Part shown: positions 8,338-17,344 of the stretch, piece by piece
Layout: each line of letters begins with the position of its first letter
How positions within the stretch are numbered: the first letter of the stretch is position 1
Source of the DNA: Candidatus Limnocylindrales bacterium
GTDB lineage: Bacteria; Chloroflexota; Limnocylindria; Limnocylindrales; CSP1-4
NCBI GenBank assembly: GCA_038319665.1
Contig: JBBQDL010000005.1
Coordinates: 6,223-70,222, forward strand
Length of the DNA: 64,000 nucleotides
Reading direction: 5' to 3'
The notes under the pieces: model-generated
The model's input: only the letters and a program-made list of their open reading frames with translations
Database searches by the model: none
What the model was told of the DNA's origin: nothing
Translations under genes and position numbers: made by a program

Positions 8338-11300
8338 CTATCCGCCGCGAACGACGGTAGCGGTCCCGGAGGGCTGCTTCGGCCGCTCCCGGTCCAGGCG
8401 CTCGAGAAACGGGCGCGAGCCCAGCCGCTCGAGCGTCTCCCGTGCGCTCACGATCGCGGCGTCGATGTCCGGGGCGTCGCGATCGCCGGAAGGCAGGAGC
8501 GTCGCCATATCGACCGCGGCGGTCGCCTCGTCGAACGCGAGGCCGAGCTGGCGGTAGGCGCGAATGGCCTCGCGGTATCCGGCGACAGCGCTCGGGCCGC
8601 GACCCTCGAGCGCGTCGATCCCCGCTATCGCGACGAGGCGGTCGGCCGAGAGCGCGGGCCCTCGAAAGCCGGAGGCATCCATCAGCGCCAGCGTCGCGGC
8701 CGCGCCAGGAGCGTCGCCGGCACAGAGCGCGCTGCGGATGACGAGCGGGTAAGCAAGCGGGGCGAAGTACATCGTCAGCTCGACGGCGTGCGTGCCGAGC
8801 CGGCGGGCCTCGTCGTACCGGCCCTCGACGAAGGCGGCCCACGCCTTCGCCCAGTGCTCGTACGACTCCCACTGCGGGTCGGTGATGCCGCCGGCCACGC
8901 GCAGTCGCGACGCCGCCTCGATATCGTCGGTGGCGTCCTCGCCCCGCAGCGTCCGGAGGATCGCCCGGTCCACGAAGAACTCGGCCTGCTGCGTGAAGAC
9001 GGTGTCGATCGCCAGCCACTCGTCGAGAAGGGCGGCCGTCCAGTCCCAGTCGCCCGTGCGGAGAGCACAGATGCTGCCGTTCCCTGCCATCTGGTACCCG
9101 TACATGCGGGACCCGAGGCGCTGTCCGATGTCGATGCCCTCGCGCGCGAGCGCAAGGCCGACGGCGGGCTCGCCCCACTGCTCGAAAAAGGTCATCAGGA
9201 CGCGCGCCTGCATCTCGAGTTCACGCAGGTCATTCGCGAGTGCCAGCTGAGAGGCCCCGCGGAGCAGGACGATCCCCTCGCGCGGCCGGCCGACCATGAG
9301 CAGCCCCGATCCCCGCTGGATCATCCCCCGCGTCGTCGCGGCCAGGAGGCCGAGCTGCTCGGCGATCGAAAGGTGCCGGTCTGTCCATGTCATCGATCGG
9401 GCGACGTCATTCAGGCCCGCATACGACGACGCGATCGCGCTCATCAACTCGACGCCGGCCTCGGTGTGCTCCAGGTCCGAGAACTCCACCCACGCGGCGT
9501 CAAGGATCGAGAGCGCGCTTTCAGGATCGCCGATGACGAACCTGACGGCCCGCCCGTGCTCGGCGACGGCCAGGGCGATCGCCTCCCGATCCCCCGTCCG
9601 CCGGCGCTCGGCGACGGCAGCCTCGGCGTGACGAATGACGAGTCCCGCATCGAGCCCCTGGCGCCCGGCCCCGACGATCCCGGCGTGGAGCTTGGCCCGC
9701 TCGGCGGGCTCGGCGGTGATCTCGAGCGATTGCTCCAGAAACGTGATCGCCTGCTCGTACGAACCGAGGGTGGTCGCCCGGTCGGCCGCTCCCCGGAGCG
9801 CAACGCGGGCCTGGGCCGCGAGCGCATCCGCCTCGGCCGGATCGGCGGCCAACCGGTGCGCCGCGAGGTAGTGCCCAGCGAGCCCGCCCGCGAGCTCGTC
9901 CGTGCCGAGGTTCTCGAAGTGGCGCGCCGCGGCCAGGTGACGGACCTTCCGATCCCGCTTCGAAAGCGTGTTGTACGCGACCTCCCGGATGAGGGCCTGG
10001 ACGAACGCGTACTGGCCGCGCTCTGGCGAGCGGGGATCCACGTCGTGCACGAGCAGTTCGCGCCGGACGAGCGCACGCAGTCGATGCTCCAGCTCCGACT
10101 CAGGTGCGCCGGAGATCGCGGCGAGCCCCGGGATGCTGAAGCTCTGCCCCAGCACCGCCGCATCCGCCACGAGCTCGCGGTCTGCCGGGTCCAGCCCGTC
10201 GAGGCGCGCCGCGATCAGCGCGGTCAGCGTCTCGGGGACGGCGACGTCGTCGAGCGTCCCGAGCGGCCGGTACGACCCGCCTTCGAGCACAAGGCGGCCC
10301 TGCGCGAGGAGCATCCGGACGGTCTCGACCGCGTACAGCGGCACGCCGTCGGCGCGCGTGACGATGCTCGCCACGGCCGTGGCCGGGAGACCCGGCACGA
10401 GGCCGGCCAGCAAACGCTCCATGTCCTCGGGGGGCAGCGGCTCGAGGTAGATGGAGGTGAAGGACCGCTTGGCCGCCCCCCAGTCCGGGCGGCGGTCGAG
10501 GAGCTCCGGGCGGGCGAGCGTGATGATGGTGATGGGGACCGCGCGGCTCCATTCCATCAGGTGATCGATGAAGTCGAGGAGGCCCTGGTCGGCGTGGTGG
10601 AGGTCCTCGAAGACCATGACGACCGGTGAGGTGGCCGCGAGCCGTTCGAAGAACGTGCGCCACGCGGCGACCAGCTGGTCGGACCCGATCTCGACATCGA
10701 TGCCGAGGAGGGCGAGGAGCGCCGGCTCGATCCAGGCGCGCTCCGACGGGTCTGGGATATGTTCGCGGACGGTCTCGGCGATTCGGGCACGCGTCGTCGC
10801 CTCGTCGTCCGCCTCCACGAGCCCGGCCCGCCCGCGGACCATCTCGCCCAGGGCCCAGAACGTGATGCCGTCGCCATAGGCAGGGCTGCGCCCGGCATGC
10901 CACCAGACGAGGTCCAGCAGGCCATCGAGGTGCTTGAGGAACTCCCACGCGAGCCGCGACTTCCCGATCCCGCCTGGACCGACGACGCTGACGAGGCGCG
11001 GTCGCCGCTCCCGGCTCGTGGCCTGGAAGAGGTCCTTGAGCTGGCGGAGCTCCTCGTCCCGTCCCACGAACGGCGCTTCGAGCGTGTCGCTCCGGTTCTT
11101 CCCACCCCGCTGAGCGACGACACGCACGGCCCGCCAGGCGTGGACGGGTCCGTCCTTGCCCTTGAGTTCGTGCTCACCGGCGTCCTCGAACACGATCGCC
11201 CCCGATGCCGACCGCTCGGTCGACTCGCCGACCAGCACGGTCCCTGGCTCCGCCACCGACTGCAACCGAGACGCGGTATTGACGATGTCGCCCGCCACCA

Positions 11301-11883
11301 TGCCCTGGTTCGCCATGCCGATCGTGACGGCCGCCTCGCCGGTCAGGACGCCGGCCCGTGCCTGGATCCCCGGCCCCAGCGTCCGGACCGCATCGACCAG
11401 CTCCAGGCCCGCGCGGACGGCCCGCTCGGCGTCATCCTCGCGGGCGACCGGGGCGCCCCATACGGCCATCACCGCATCGCCGATGAACTTCTCGACCGTG
11501 CCGCCGTACTGGCCGATGATGTCGCTCGCGAGGTCGAAATAGCGGGTGAGGGTCTCGCGCACGTCCTCGGCGTCGCGCGCCGCCGCAAACGGGGTAAAGC
11601 CCACGAGATCGGCGAACAAGACGCTGACGAGGCGGCGCTCGGCACCCGCCTCGGCTCTCGGCGCGGCCGATCTGGCGGCAGTGGGTCCGGGCGTGCCCGC
11701 CGCCGGCTGGAACCCCGTGGCCTGGACGCCCGCGACCAGCGGCGTCGCGCATTCCGAGCAGAACTTCGCGCCCGGGGCATTCGTCGTCCCGCACGACGGG
11801 CACGTCGTCGAAAGCGGTGTCGCGCACTCAGCACAGAACTTCGCGCCGGGCCGGCTCTCGGTGCCGCAGTTCGGGCAGGTCAC
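8338..11883 (-). CDS. multidomain signalling protein: double zinc ribbon + class III adenylate/guanylate cyclase + AAA/STAND-type ATPase + TPR-like helical repeats (1181 aa)
   Basis: The N-terminus VTCPNCG..FCAECA..CPSCG..FCSECA gives two CxxC...CxxC zinc ribbons. The cyclase core is VSVLFADLVGFT, FIGDAVMAVWG, GDIVNTASRL. Walker A is GPGGIGKSRL and Walker B-like is VVMVFEDLHHAD. A long helical C-terminus follows. The GTG start 11883-11881 overlaps the upstream TGA (GTGA). The rest of the 1620-aa track ORF is an out-of-frame read through the neighbouring gene. Confidence 0.85.
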   Translation of the reverse strand: MTCPNCGTESRPGAKFCAECATPLSTTCPSCGTTNAPGAKFCSECATPLVAGVQATGFQPAAGTPGPTAARSAAPRAEAGAERRLVSVLFADLVGFTPFAAARDAEDVRETLTRYFDLASDIIGQYGGTVEKFIGDAVMAVWGAPVAREDDAERAVRAGLELVDAVRTLGPGIQARAGVLTGEAAVTIGMANQGMVAGDIVNTASRLQSVAEPGTVLVGESTERSASGAIVFEDAGEHELKGKDGPVHAWRAVRVVAQRGGKNRSDTLEAPFVGRDEELRQLKDLFQATSRERRPRLVSVVGPGGIGKSRLAWEFLKHLDGLLDLVWWHAGRSPAYGDGITFWALGEMVRGRAGLVEADDEATTRARIAETVREHIPDPSERAWIEPALLALLGIDVEIGSDQLVAAWRTFFERLAATSPVVMVFEDLHHADQGLLDFIDHLMEWSRAVPITIITLARPELLDRRPDWGAAKRSFTSIYLEPLPPEDMERLLAGLVPGLPATAVASIVTRADGVPLYAVETVRMLLAQGRLVLEGGSYRPLGTLDDVAVPETLTALIAARLDGLDPADRELVADAAVLGQSFSIPGLAAISGAPESELEHRLRALVRRELLVHDVDPRSPERGQYAFVQALIREVAYNTLSKRDRKVRHLAAARHFENLGTDELAGGLAGHYLAAHRLAADPAEADALAAQARVALRGAADRATTLGSYEQAITFLEQSLEITAEPAERAKLHAGIVGAGRQGLDAGLVIRHAEAAVAERRRTGDREAIALAVAEHGRAVRFVIGDPESALSILDAAWVEFSDLEHTEAGVELMSAIASSYAGLNDVARSMTWTDRHLSIAEQLGLLAATTRGMIQRGSGLLMVGRPREGIVLLRGASQLALANDLRELEMQARVLMTFFEQWGEPAVGLALAREGIDIGQRLGSRMYGYQMAGNGSICALRTGDWDWTAALLDEWLAIDTVFTQQAEFFVDRAILRTLRGEDATDDIEAASRLRVAGGITDPQWESYEHWAKAWAAFVEGRYDEARRLGTHAVELTMYFAPLAYPLVIRSALCAGDAPGAAATLALMDASGFRGPALSADRLVAIAGIDALEGRGPSAVAGYREAIRAYRQLGLAFDEATAAVDMATLLPSGDRDAPDIDAAIVSARETLERLGSRPFLERLDRERPKQPSGTATVVRGG

Positions 11884-13316
11884 GTTGGCGATAGCCTCGT
11901 CGGCGGGACGTTGTGGTTGAGCCGGAAGACGTTGTCCGGGTCGTAGCGATCCTTGAGCGCGGTAAGCCGGGCAAGCTTGCGATCGCCGTATGCCGCTCGG
12001 GCGGCTTCGCGGACCTCGTCTTCGCCCCCGTCGTCGGCGCCGAGGAAGTTCACGTACATCCCTTCGGCGGCATGCGGCTGCATCGCGGCCCACGAGTCGC
12101 GCGCCCAGCGCCGGTTCGCGTCGTCGTCGTGCTCGTCCGTCCAGAGCGCGTACATGTTGAGCCAGAAGCCGGCGCCCCGGTTCGGGAACGCGGTGGCGTC
12201 GTCCGGCACCCGCCCGAACGCGCCACCCATATGGTGGATATCGACGCCGTCGATCGGTGAAGCGCGGTTGCCCGCAAGATCGACGATCGTCGCGATGGTC
12301 CCCTCGTCCAGGTGGTCGAAATAGCAGTTCTTCCAGTACGCCCGGGTGCCCTTCGGCACCACCGCGTCGAAGGCTGACTGCCAGTCGAGCCAGCCGATCG
12401 GGTCGATGGCGACCAGCGCCGGCGGACCGAAGGCGGCGAGCGGGGCCACGAAGCGCTCGCCGGCCTCGCGATCGACACCGGCCCACGCGAACCCCTGGAG
12501 CATGACGGGCTGGCCGTGGAGTTCTGGCGGCATCATCTCGTCTGGCGGCGTGATGAAGGTGACGATCGTGTTGAGGTCGTCGGGGATACCGGCCACCCAG
12601 GACGCATAGAACCTGAGCGCATCCGCCCATTGGTCGCGCGTGTGGATGACGACTCCGGCGTAGAGCGGGGACGGCAGGGGATGCGCCCGGAATTCGAATG
12701 AGGTCACGATCCCGAAATTGCCTCCGCCACCGCGCAGACCCCAGAGCAGATCCGGGTTCTCGGTCTCGCTGGCGTGGACGACCTGGCCGTCGGCGGTGAC
12801 GACATCCGCGGCCACGAGATTGTCGATCGAGAGTCCATGCGGCCGGGTCATCCAGCCGACCCCACCGCCGAGGGTCAGGCCGCCCACCCCGGTCATCGAG
12901 ACGACCCCGCCCGGGACCACGAGCCCGAGCGGCTCGGTGGCCCGGTCGACGTCGCCCAGCGTCGCGCCGCCACCGACGCGGACGGTCCCGGCGTCCCGAT
13001 CCACATCGACCGCATCCAGGGCCGCCAGGTCGATGACGAGTCCGCCGTCGACCGTCCCGTTGCCGGCGACGTTGTGCCCGCCACCACGGACGGCGATCGG
13101 CAGGTGCTGGGCACGACCAAAGGCCACGGCGACCTGGACATCGTCGACGTCCGCGACCCGCACGATCGCCGCGGGCCGACGGTCGATCATCCCATTCCAT
13201 ACCGTACGGGCGTCGTCATATCCATCGTCGCCTGGCACGACGACCGTCCCATGGATCCGCTCGCGCAGGGCTCGCGCCTCCTCGATGATCGCGGGGTCCC
13301 CAGACGTCGTGACCAT
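11880..13316 (-). CDS. FAD-binding oxidoreductase, BBE/vanillyl-alcohol-oxidase-type (FAD_binding_4 + BBE C-terminal domain)
   Basis: ATG 13316 follows the RBS GGAGAGGAGGG. The FAD-binding region is RRPAAIVRVADVDDVQVAVAFGRAQHLPIAVRGGGHNVAG. The C-terminus is YVNFLG...YGDRKLARLTALKDRYDPDNVFRLNHNVPP. Confidence 0.85.
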   Translation of the reverse strand: MVTTSGDPAIIEEARALRERIHGTVVVPGDDGYDDARTVWNGMIDRRPAAIVRVADVDDVQVAVAFGRAQHLPIAVRGGGHNVAGNGTVDGGLVIDLAALDAVDVDRDAGTVRVGGGATLGDVDRATEPLGLVVPGGVVSMTGVGGLTLGGGVGWMTRPHGLSIDNLVAADVVTADGQVVHASETENPDLLWGLRGGGGNFGIVTSFEFRAHPLPSPLYAGVVIHTRDQWADALRFYASWVAGIPDDLNTIVTFITPPDEMMPPELHGQPVMLQGFAWAGVDREAGERFVAPLAAFGPPALVAIDPIGWLDWQSAFDAVVPKGTRAYWKNCYFDHLDEGTIATIVDLAGNRASPIDGVDIHHMGGAFGRVPDDATAFPNRGAGFWLNMYALWTDEHDDDANRRWARDSWAAMQPHAAEGMYVNFLGADDGGEDEVREAARAAYGDRKLARLTALKDRYDPDNVFRLNHNVPPTRLSPT

Positions 13317-13428
13317 ACCGGGCCCTCCTCTCCACCACGCGACATGACGAGCGGCGACCAAGGTGCGGCGACGCCGATCGCGGGGCTGGCCAGCGGATGG
13401 TACGCCGCGGGCAGGGCCGGAGCCAGAC

Positions 13429-15510
13429 CTACGACTCCGCCTTGACCGAAACCTGGATCCGGCAGGCGTCGATGATCTCGACCGCCCGGGCCCGGAGTTC
13501 CAAGGCGCGTTCTTCCTGCGCGAAGATCCCGGCTTCCAGGATATCGATCGCGTCGTAGAAATGACCCCACGCGGTCCGTTCCGCCTCGACGCGAGTCGCG
13601 AGAGCCACGGCGTCCCCGAACGCCTCGAGTGCCTCGTCGACGCGGCGAGCGCCCCCGATAGCGTACTCATGCGCGTGATCCACCTCGCCGGCGGCGAACA
13701 AGCGGATCGTCCGCAGGGCTAGACGCAGCAGCACGACGGTCTGCGGGATCGCGGACACGAAGCCACCGGTGAATGGATCCAGGAGTCGACCGATCGCGGC
13801 GCGGTCCAGAGCACCATCCAGCCCGTCTCCCGCGACCGCATCGGCATAGGCGGAGAAGACCAGGATCCGGACATCGTCGCCGATGAGCTTGCCCACGTGA
13901 GCGGCCGCGATCGCCTCGCCCGCGAAGGCGTCCTTGTCGTGACGCATGATCAGACCGGCCGCGTGCACGTAGGCGAGCCGCGGTCCCGGCTGACCAAGCG
14001 CGGACAGGATGTAGGCCTGGTCCTCCGCGCGACCGACGAAGGTCGGCGTGAACGGTCGATGGCGACGAAGCGCGTCAACCCGGATGCCGTTCGTGCCGCC
14101 GGTGACGTGGACACGTTCGAGCGCACGGTCCACCCCGTCGATCCCCGTTCCGTCGTAGCGCTCCATCATCTCAGCACGGGTGGACACCGCCTGCGGGAGG
14201 ACGCTATAGAAGACGCGCTCATCGAAGATCGGCGGATGCCTCGGGAAGTCCACATCGGGGGTGAAGAGGCCACGCCCGATGTCGCGCTCGTTGACGAGCG
14301 CGCCGGCGAACATGCCGAGATCGATCTCGCGGCCCTCGGCGTCACGGGCCGTCGCGCCCCACAACGGGGTAGCGAGGTGGCCGAACGCGGTTTGGCCGGT
14401 CTCGGCCAGCAGGACGTCCTGCGGGAATACCTGGTCGAGGTCGATCTTGAACGTCGCGCGCACGACCGGGTCGATGACGACATGCCAAAGCGCGGCGATG
14501 GCCTTCAGGAAGCTGTAGTGGCGGCCGTACTCGCCATCGACGCCGACGATGGCGCGCAATCCTGGTGCCGCCGCAGCGACGTCCGGTTCTCCGAGGCTGG
14601 GCTTTAGGGCCGGGACGATCACCTCGTCGACGAGTCGCCGGGCGTCGCCCTCCGTCACCACGACGACATCCAGGTGCCGCAGGCCGCCGACGCGCGCGAG
14701 CTCCGCCTCCACGTATGGGCGGGCCACGAGGCCGAGGCCGTCGTGCGTCACGCTCACCGACAGCAGGCAGGTCACGCGGCCGGCCTCGGACTCGGCATCC
14801 ACGGCACCGTCCAGCCCACGCAACCCGTAGGACAACTCGTTACGGGCCGGTTCCACGCCGAGCTGGATCGGGTGGTCGAACCAGAAGCGCTGCGGATCGG
14901 CGACAGCAGCCGCGATCGCATCCCGCAGCGGCTGCGGGTATGGGAGCGTCCCGACGTCGGTGCCCTCGGCGGGGATCGTGAGCAGAACGTTCGAGGTGAA
15001 CAGGATCTCGCGTCCTGGATTCGAGATGGGATCCGAGGCCGGCCGGATCACAGTGACCGTCCGAGCTGCGCGCAGGTCGCGGATGTGGCCCTCCACATCG
15101 CCACGGATGCCCACGGCCTGCGGAAAGAAGGCTCTCCAGATGATCTCCGTGCCGTCATCCACACTGGTCGCAGCGTCCAGGTCGGCGGTCGCGGCACCCA
15201 ACCGCATGGCGACCGCCGGGTCCACGGCGATGGCGCTGTCCAGCTCGGCCGCCATCCGGTCAAGGCCGCTCCGGTAGAAGGTGGCGAGATCTGCGGCCGG
15301 TCCCGCCGCCGGTGCGGCAAGGATGGCCATCGCTCTATCGTGGTCGGGATGAGAGCGGCCCGCGATGGCCGTGAGGAACGCTGCCGTGACCCGTGCGAGC
15401 GGGTCGACATCGACCGCAAGCCACGGTGAAGGGTCGAGGATCGGCAGCCCGGGCGTCCCGTCACCCGGTCCGAACATCCGGGCTGCCATCGCCGTCATCC
15501 GTGCATCCAT
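13429..15510 (-). CDS. large soluble hypothetical protein (693 aa), family not recognised
   Basis: This is an uninterrupted ORF with protein-like composition (rich in D, E, I, F, Y; not Arg/Pro junk). ATG 15510 lies 8 nt downstream of the acyl-CoA synthetase stop. I see no TM segment or signal peptide. Segments such as HLDVVVVTEGD and FVGRAEDQAY faintly resemble GT-A motifs, but that is speculative. Confidence 0.6.
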   Translation of the reverse strand: MDARMTAMAARMFGPGDGTPGLPILDPSPWLAVDVDPLARVTAAFLTAIAGRSHPDHDRAMAILAAPAAGPAADLATFYRSGLDRMAAELDSAIAVDPAVAMRLGAATADLDAATSVDDGTEIIWRAFFPQAVGIRGDVEGHIRDLRAARTVTVIRPASDPISNPGREILFTSNVLLTIPAEGTDVGTLPYPQPLRDAIAAAVADPQRFWFDHPIQLGVEPARNELSYGLRGLDGAVDAESEAGRVTCLLSVSVTHDGLGLVARPYVEAELARVGGLRHLDVVVVTEGDARRLVDEVIVPALKPSLGEPDVAAAAPGLRAIVGVDGEYGRHYSFLKAIAALWHVVIDPVVRATFKIDLDQVFPQDVLLAETGQTAFGHLATPLWGATARDAEGREIDLGMFAGALVNERDIGRGLFTPDVDFPRHPPIFDERVFYSVLPQAVSTRAEMMERYDGTGIDGVDRALERVHVTGGTNGIRVDALRRHRPFTPTFVGRAEDQAYILSALGQPGPRLAYVHAAGLIMRHDKDAFAGEAIAAAHVGKLIGDDVRILVFSAYADAVAGDGLDGALDRAAIGRLLDPFTGGFVSAIPQTVVLLRLALRTIRLFAAGEVDHAHEYAIGGARRVDEALEAFGDAVALATRVEAERTAWGHFYDAIDILEAGIFAQEERALELRARAVEIIDACRIQVSVKAES

Positions 15511-15518
15511 GGCGGGCT

Positions 15519-17105
15519 CTAGTGCACCCGCGCGTCCAGCCCGGCCCAGAACGGCTCGCGCAGCTCGGCCTTGAGGATCTTGCCCGTGCCGCCCTTGGGC
15601 AGGCTGTCGCGGAACTGGATCTCGCGCGGGACCTTGTGGGCGGCGAGGCGCTCGCGGCAGAAGGCTCGCAGTTCCTTGGCCGTGGCGACGGCATCGGGCT
15701 TGAGGACGACGATCGCGACCGGGACCTCGCCGCGCTTCTCGTCCGGCGCCGCCACCACCGCGCACTCGAGGACGGCCGGGTGGGCGCCGAGCGCGACCTC
15801 GATCTCGACCGACGAGATGTTCTCGCCCGCGCTGATGATGATGTCCTTGGAGCGGTCCTTGATGAGGAGATAGCCGGCCTCATCGATCGTGGCCATGTCG
15901 CCCGTATGCAGCCAGCCGTCGCGGATGGTCGAGGCGGTCGCCTCCGGATCGAGGTAGTAGCCATCCATGACGGTATTGCCACGGACGACGATCTCGCCGA
16001 TCTGCCGGCCGTCCGGCTGGACGTCGGCACCATCGGCGTCGACCACGCGGATCCGGACACCCGGGATCGCCCAGCCGGTCATCGACTGGCGCGCCTGGCC
16101 GTGGGCGGGCGACTCCGCCTCCGTCACGACCGACCTCGGCTGGGCCAGGGTGATGATCGGCGAGGTCTCGGTCAGGCCATAGCCGACGATCGCCTTCGCT
16201 CCGAGCTCGGATTCGAGCGCGCGCACGAGGTCGGGCGACGCCGGTGAGCCACCGATGATGAGCTGGCGGAGGCTGGTCAGGTCGAACCGCGATCGCTCCC
16301 GGCTGTTGAGGACGGCGTTGAAGATCGTCGGGACGGCGAGGAGCCGGGTCACGCGATGACGCTCGACGAGGGTCATGAGCGCGGTCGGGTCGAATTTTCG
16401 GAGCATCACGTGCCGGCCACCGACCATGGTCAGGAAATGCGGCGTGCCCCAGCCGTTGACATGGAACAGCGGGACGACGTGGAGCACGACGTCGTCCTCC
16501 GTGAAAGCCAGGCCGATCTGCGCGGCAAGACCGTGCAGGTAGAGCTCGCGGTGGGTCATGGCGACGCCCTTGGGGAGGCCGGTCGTGCCGCTCGTGTAGA
16601 AGAGCTCCGCGAGCGCGTTCTCGTCGATCTCTGGTTCGCGTGGCGTGGCGGCTGCCCCGGCGAGAAGCGCTTCGTAGCCATGGTCGGCGATCCCGCCCGC
16701 CGCATCGTCGAGGACGACGAAGCGCGGCCTCTTGACGAGTCGCGGGCCGATCGCCTCCACGAGCGGCGCGAAGTCGCGGTGGAAGAAGACGACCTTCGAG
16801 GCTGCGTGGCCCAGGATGTACTCGATCTCGTGCGGCGCAAGGCGGATGTTGATCGGGTTCAGCACGGCGCCGGCCTCGATCACCCCGTAGTACGCCTCGA
16901 GTAGATGATGCGTGTTGAAGGTGATGAACGAGACCCGATCGCCGGCGCCCACCCCGAGATCCACCAGCGCATTCGCCAGGCGGTGCGTCCGCGTCGCGAA
17001 GTCGCGGTAGGTGTACGCGTCCTCGCCGTCGATCACCCCGACCTTGTCGCCGAAGAAGGTCGCCGCGCGGTCGCGGAATTCGAGGACGGAGAGTGGTACG
17101 AACAC
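15519..17105 (-). CDS. AMP-dependent acyl-CoA synthetase/ligase (ANL superfamily, FadD-like)
   Basis: Motifs FYTSGTTGLPKGVAMTH, GYGLTET, GWLHTGD and GKILK are present. GTG 17105 lies 6 nt after a GGGAGG RBS. The longer track ORF (to 17756) has junk-like composition upstream of this start. Confidence 0.85.
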   Translation of the reverse strand: MFVPLSVLEFRDRAATFFGDKVGVIDGEDAYTYRDFATRTHRLANALVDLGVGAGDRVSFITFNTHHLLEAYYGVIEAGAVLNPINIRLAPHEIEYILGHAASKVVFFHRDFAPLVEAIGPRLVKRPRFVVLDDAAGGIADHGYEALLAGAAATPREPEIDENALAELFYTSGTTGLPKGVAMTHRELYLHGLAAQIGLAFTEDDVVLHVVPLFHVNGWGTPHFLTMVGGRHVMLRKFDPTALMTLVERHRVTRLLAVPTIFNAVLNSRERSRFDLTSLRQLIIGGSPASPDLVRALESELGAKAIVGYGLTETSPIITLAQPRSVVTEAESPAHGQARQSMTGWAIPGVRIRVVDADGADVQPDGRQIGEIVVRGNTVMDGYYLDPEATASTIRDGWLHTGDMATIDEAGYLLIKDRSKDIIISAGENISSVEIEVALGAHPAVLECAVVAAPDEKRGEVPVAIVVLKPDAVATAKELRAFCRERLAAHKVPREIQFRDSLPKGGTGKILKAELREPFWAGLDARVH

Positions 17106-17344
17106 CGGACGCCTCCCTGCCCGACGGCGGGCCTCCGGGGCCACGACCGTTCGCCGCGACACGATACCGCGTGGACCCGGAAGACTTCTGGCGGCGTTGC
17201 CGCCGCGCACCAGCGCGAACGGGCGGCCGGGTCGGGCCTCTTGCCCGGCGTCCTCGGGGACGTCTAGGCTGCTGAAAGGCCGCATCGTGCGGCTGGCTTG
17301 ATGGACGAGTCGGTCTGTGATGGTCGGGCCAGGAGGACGGCAAG

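Noticed and set aside
8272-10629. A 785-aa plus-strand ORF antisense to the cyclase-STAND gene.
   Set aside because: Its composition is dominated by R, G, P, A, D and E with no recognisable motifs. It is the mirror frame of a strongly supported gene. Long antisense ORFs are expected in very GC-rich DNA because stop codons are rare.
8338-13200. The 1620-aa minus-strand track ORF, which looks like one giant protein.
   Set aside because: Upstream of codon V(11883) the translation is Arg/Pro/Gly-rich junk and is out of frame with the well-supported FAD oxidase gene (11880-13316). The real gene starts at the GTG that overlaps the oxidase stop.
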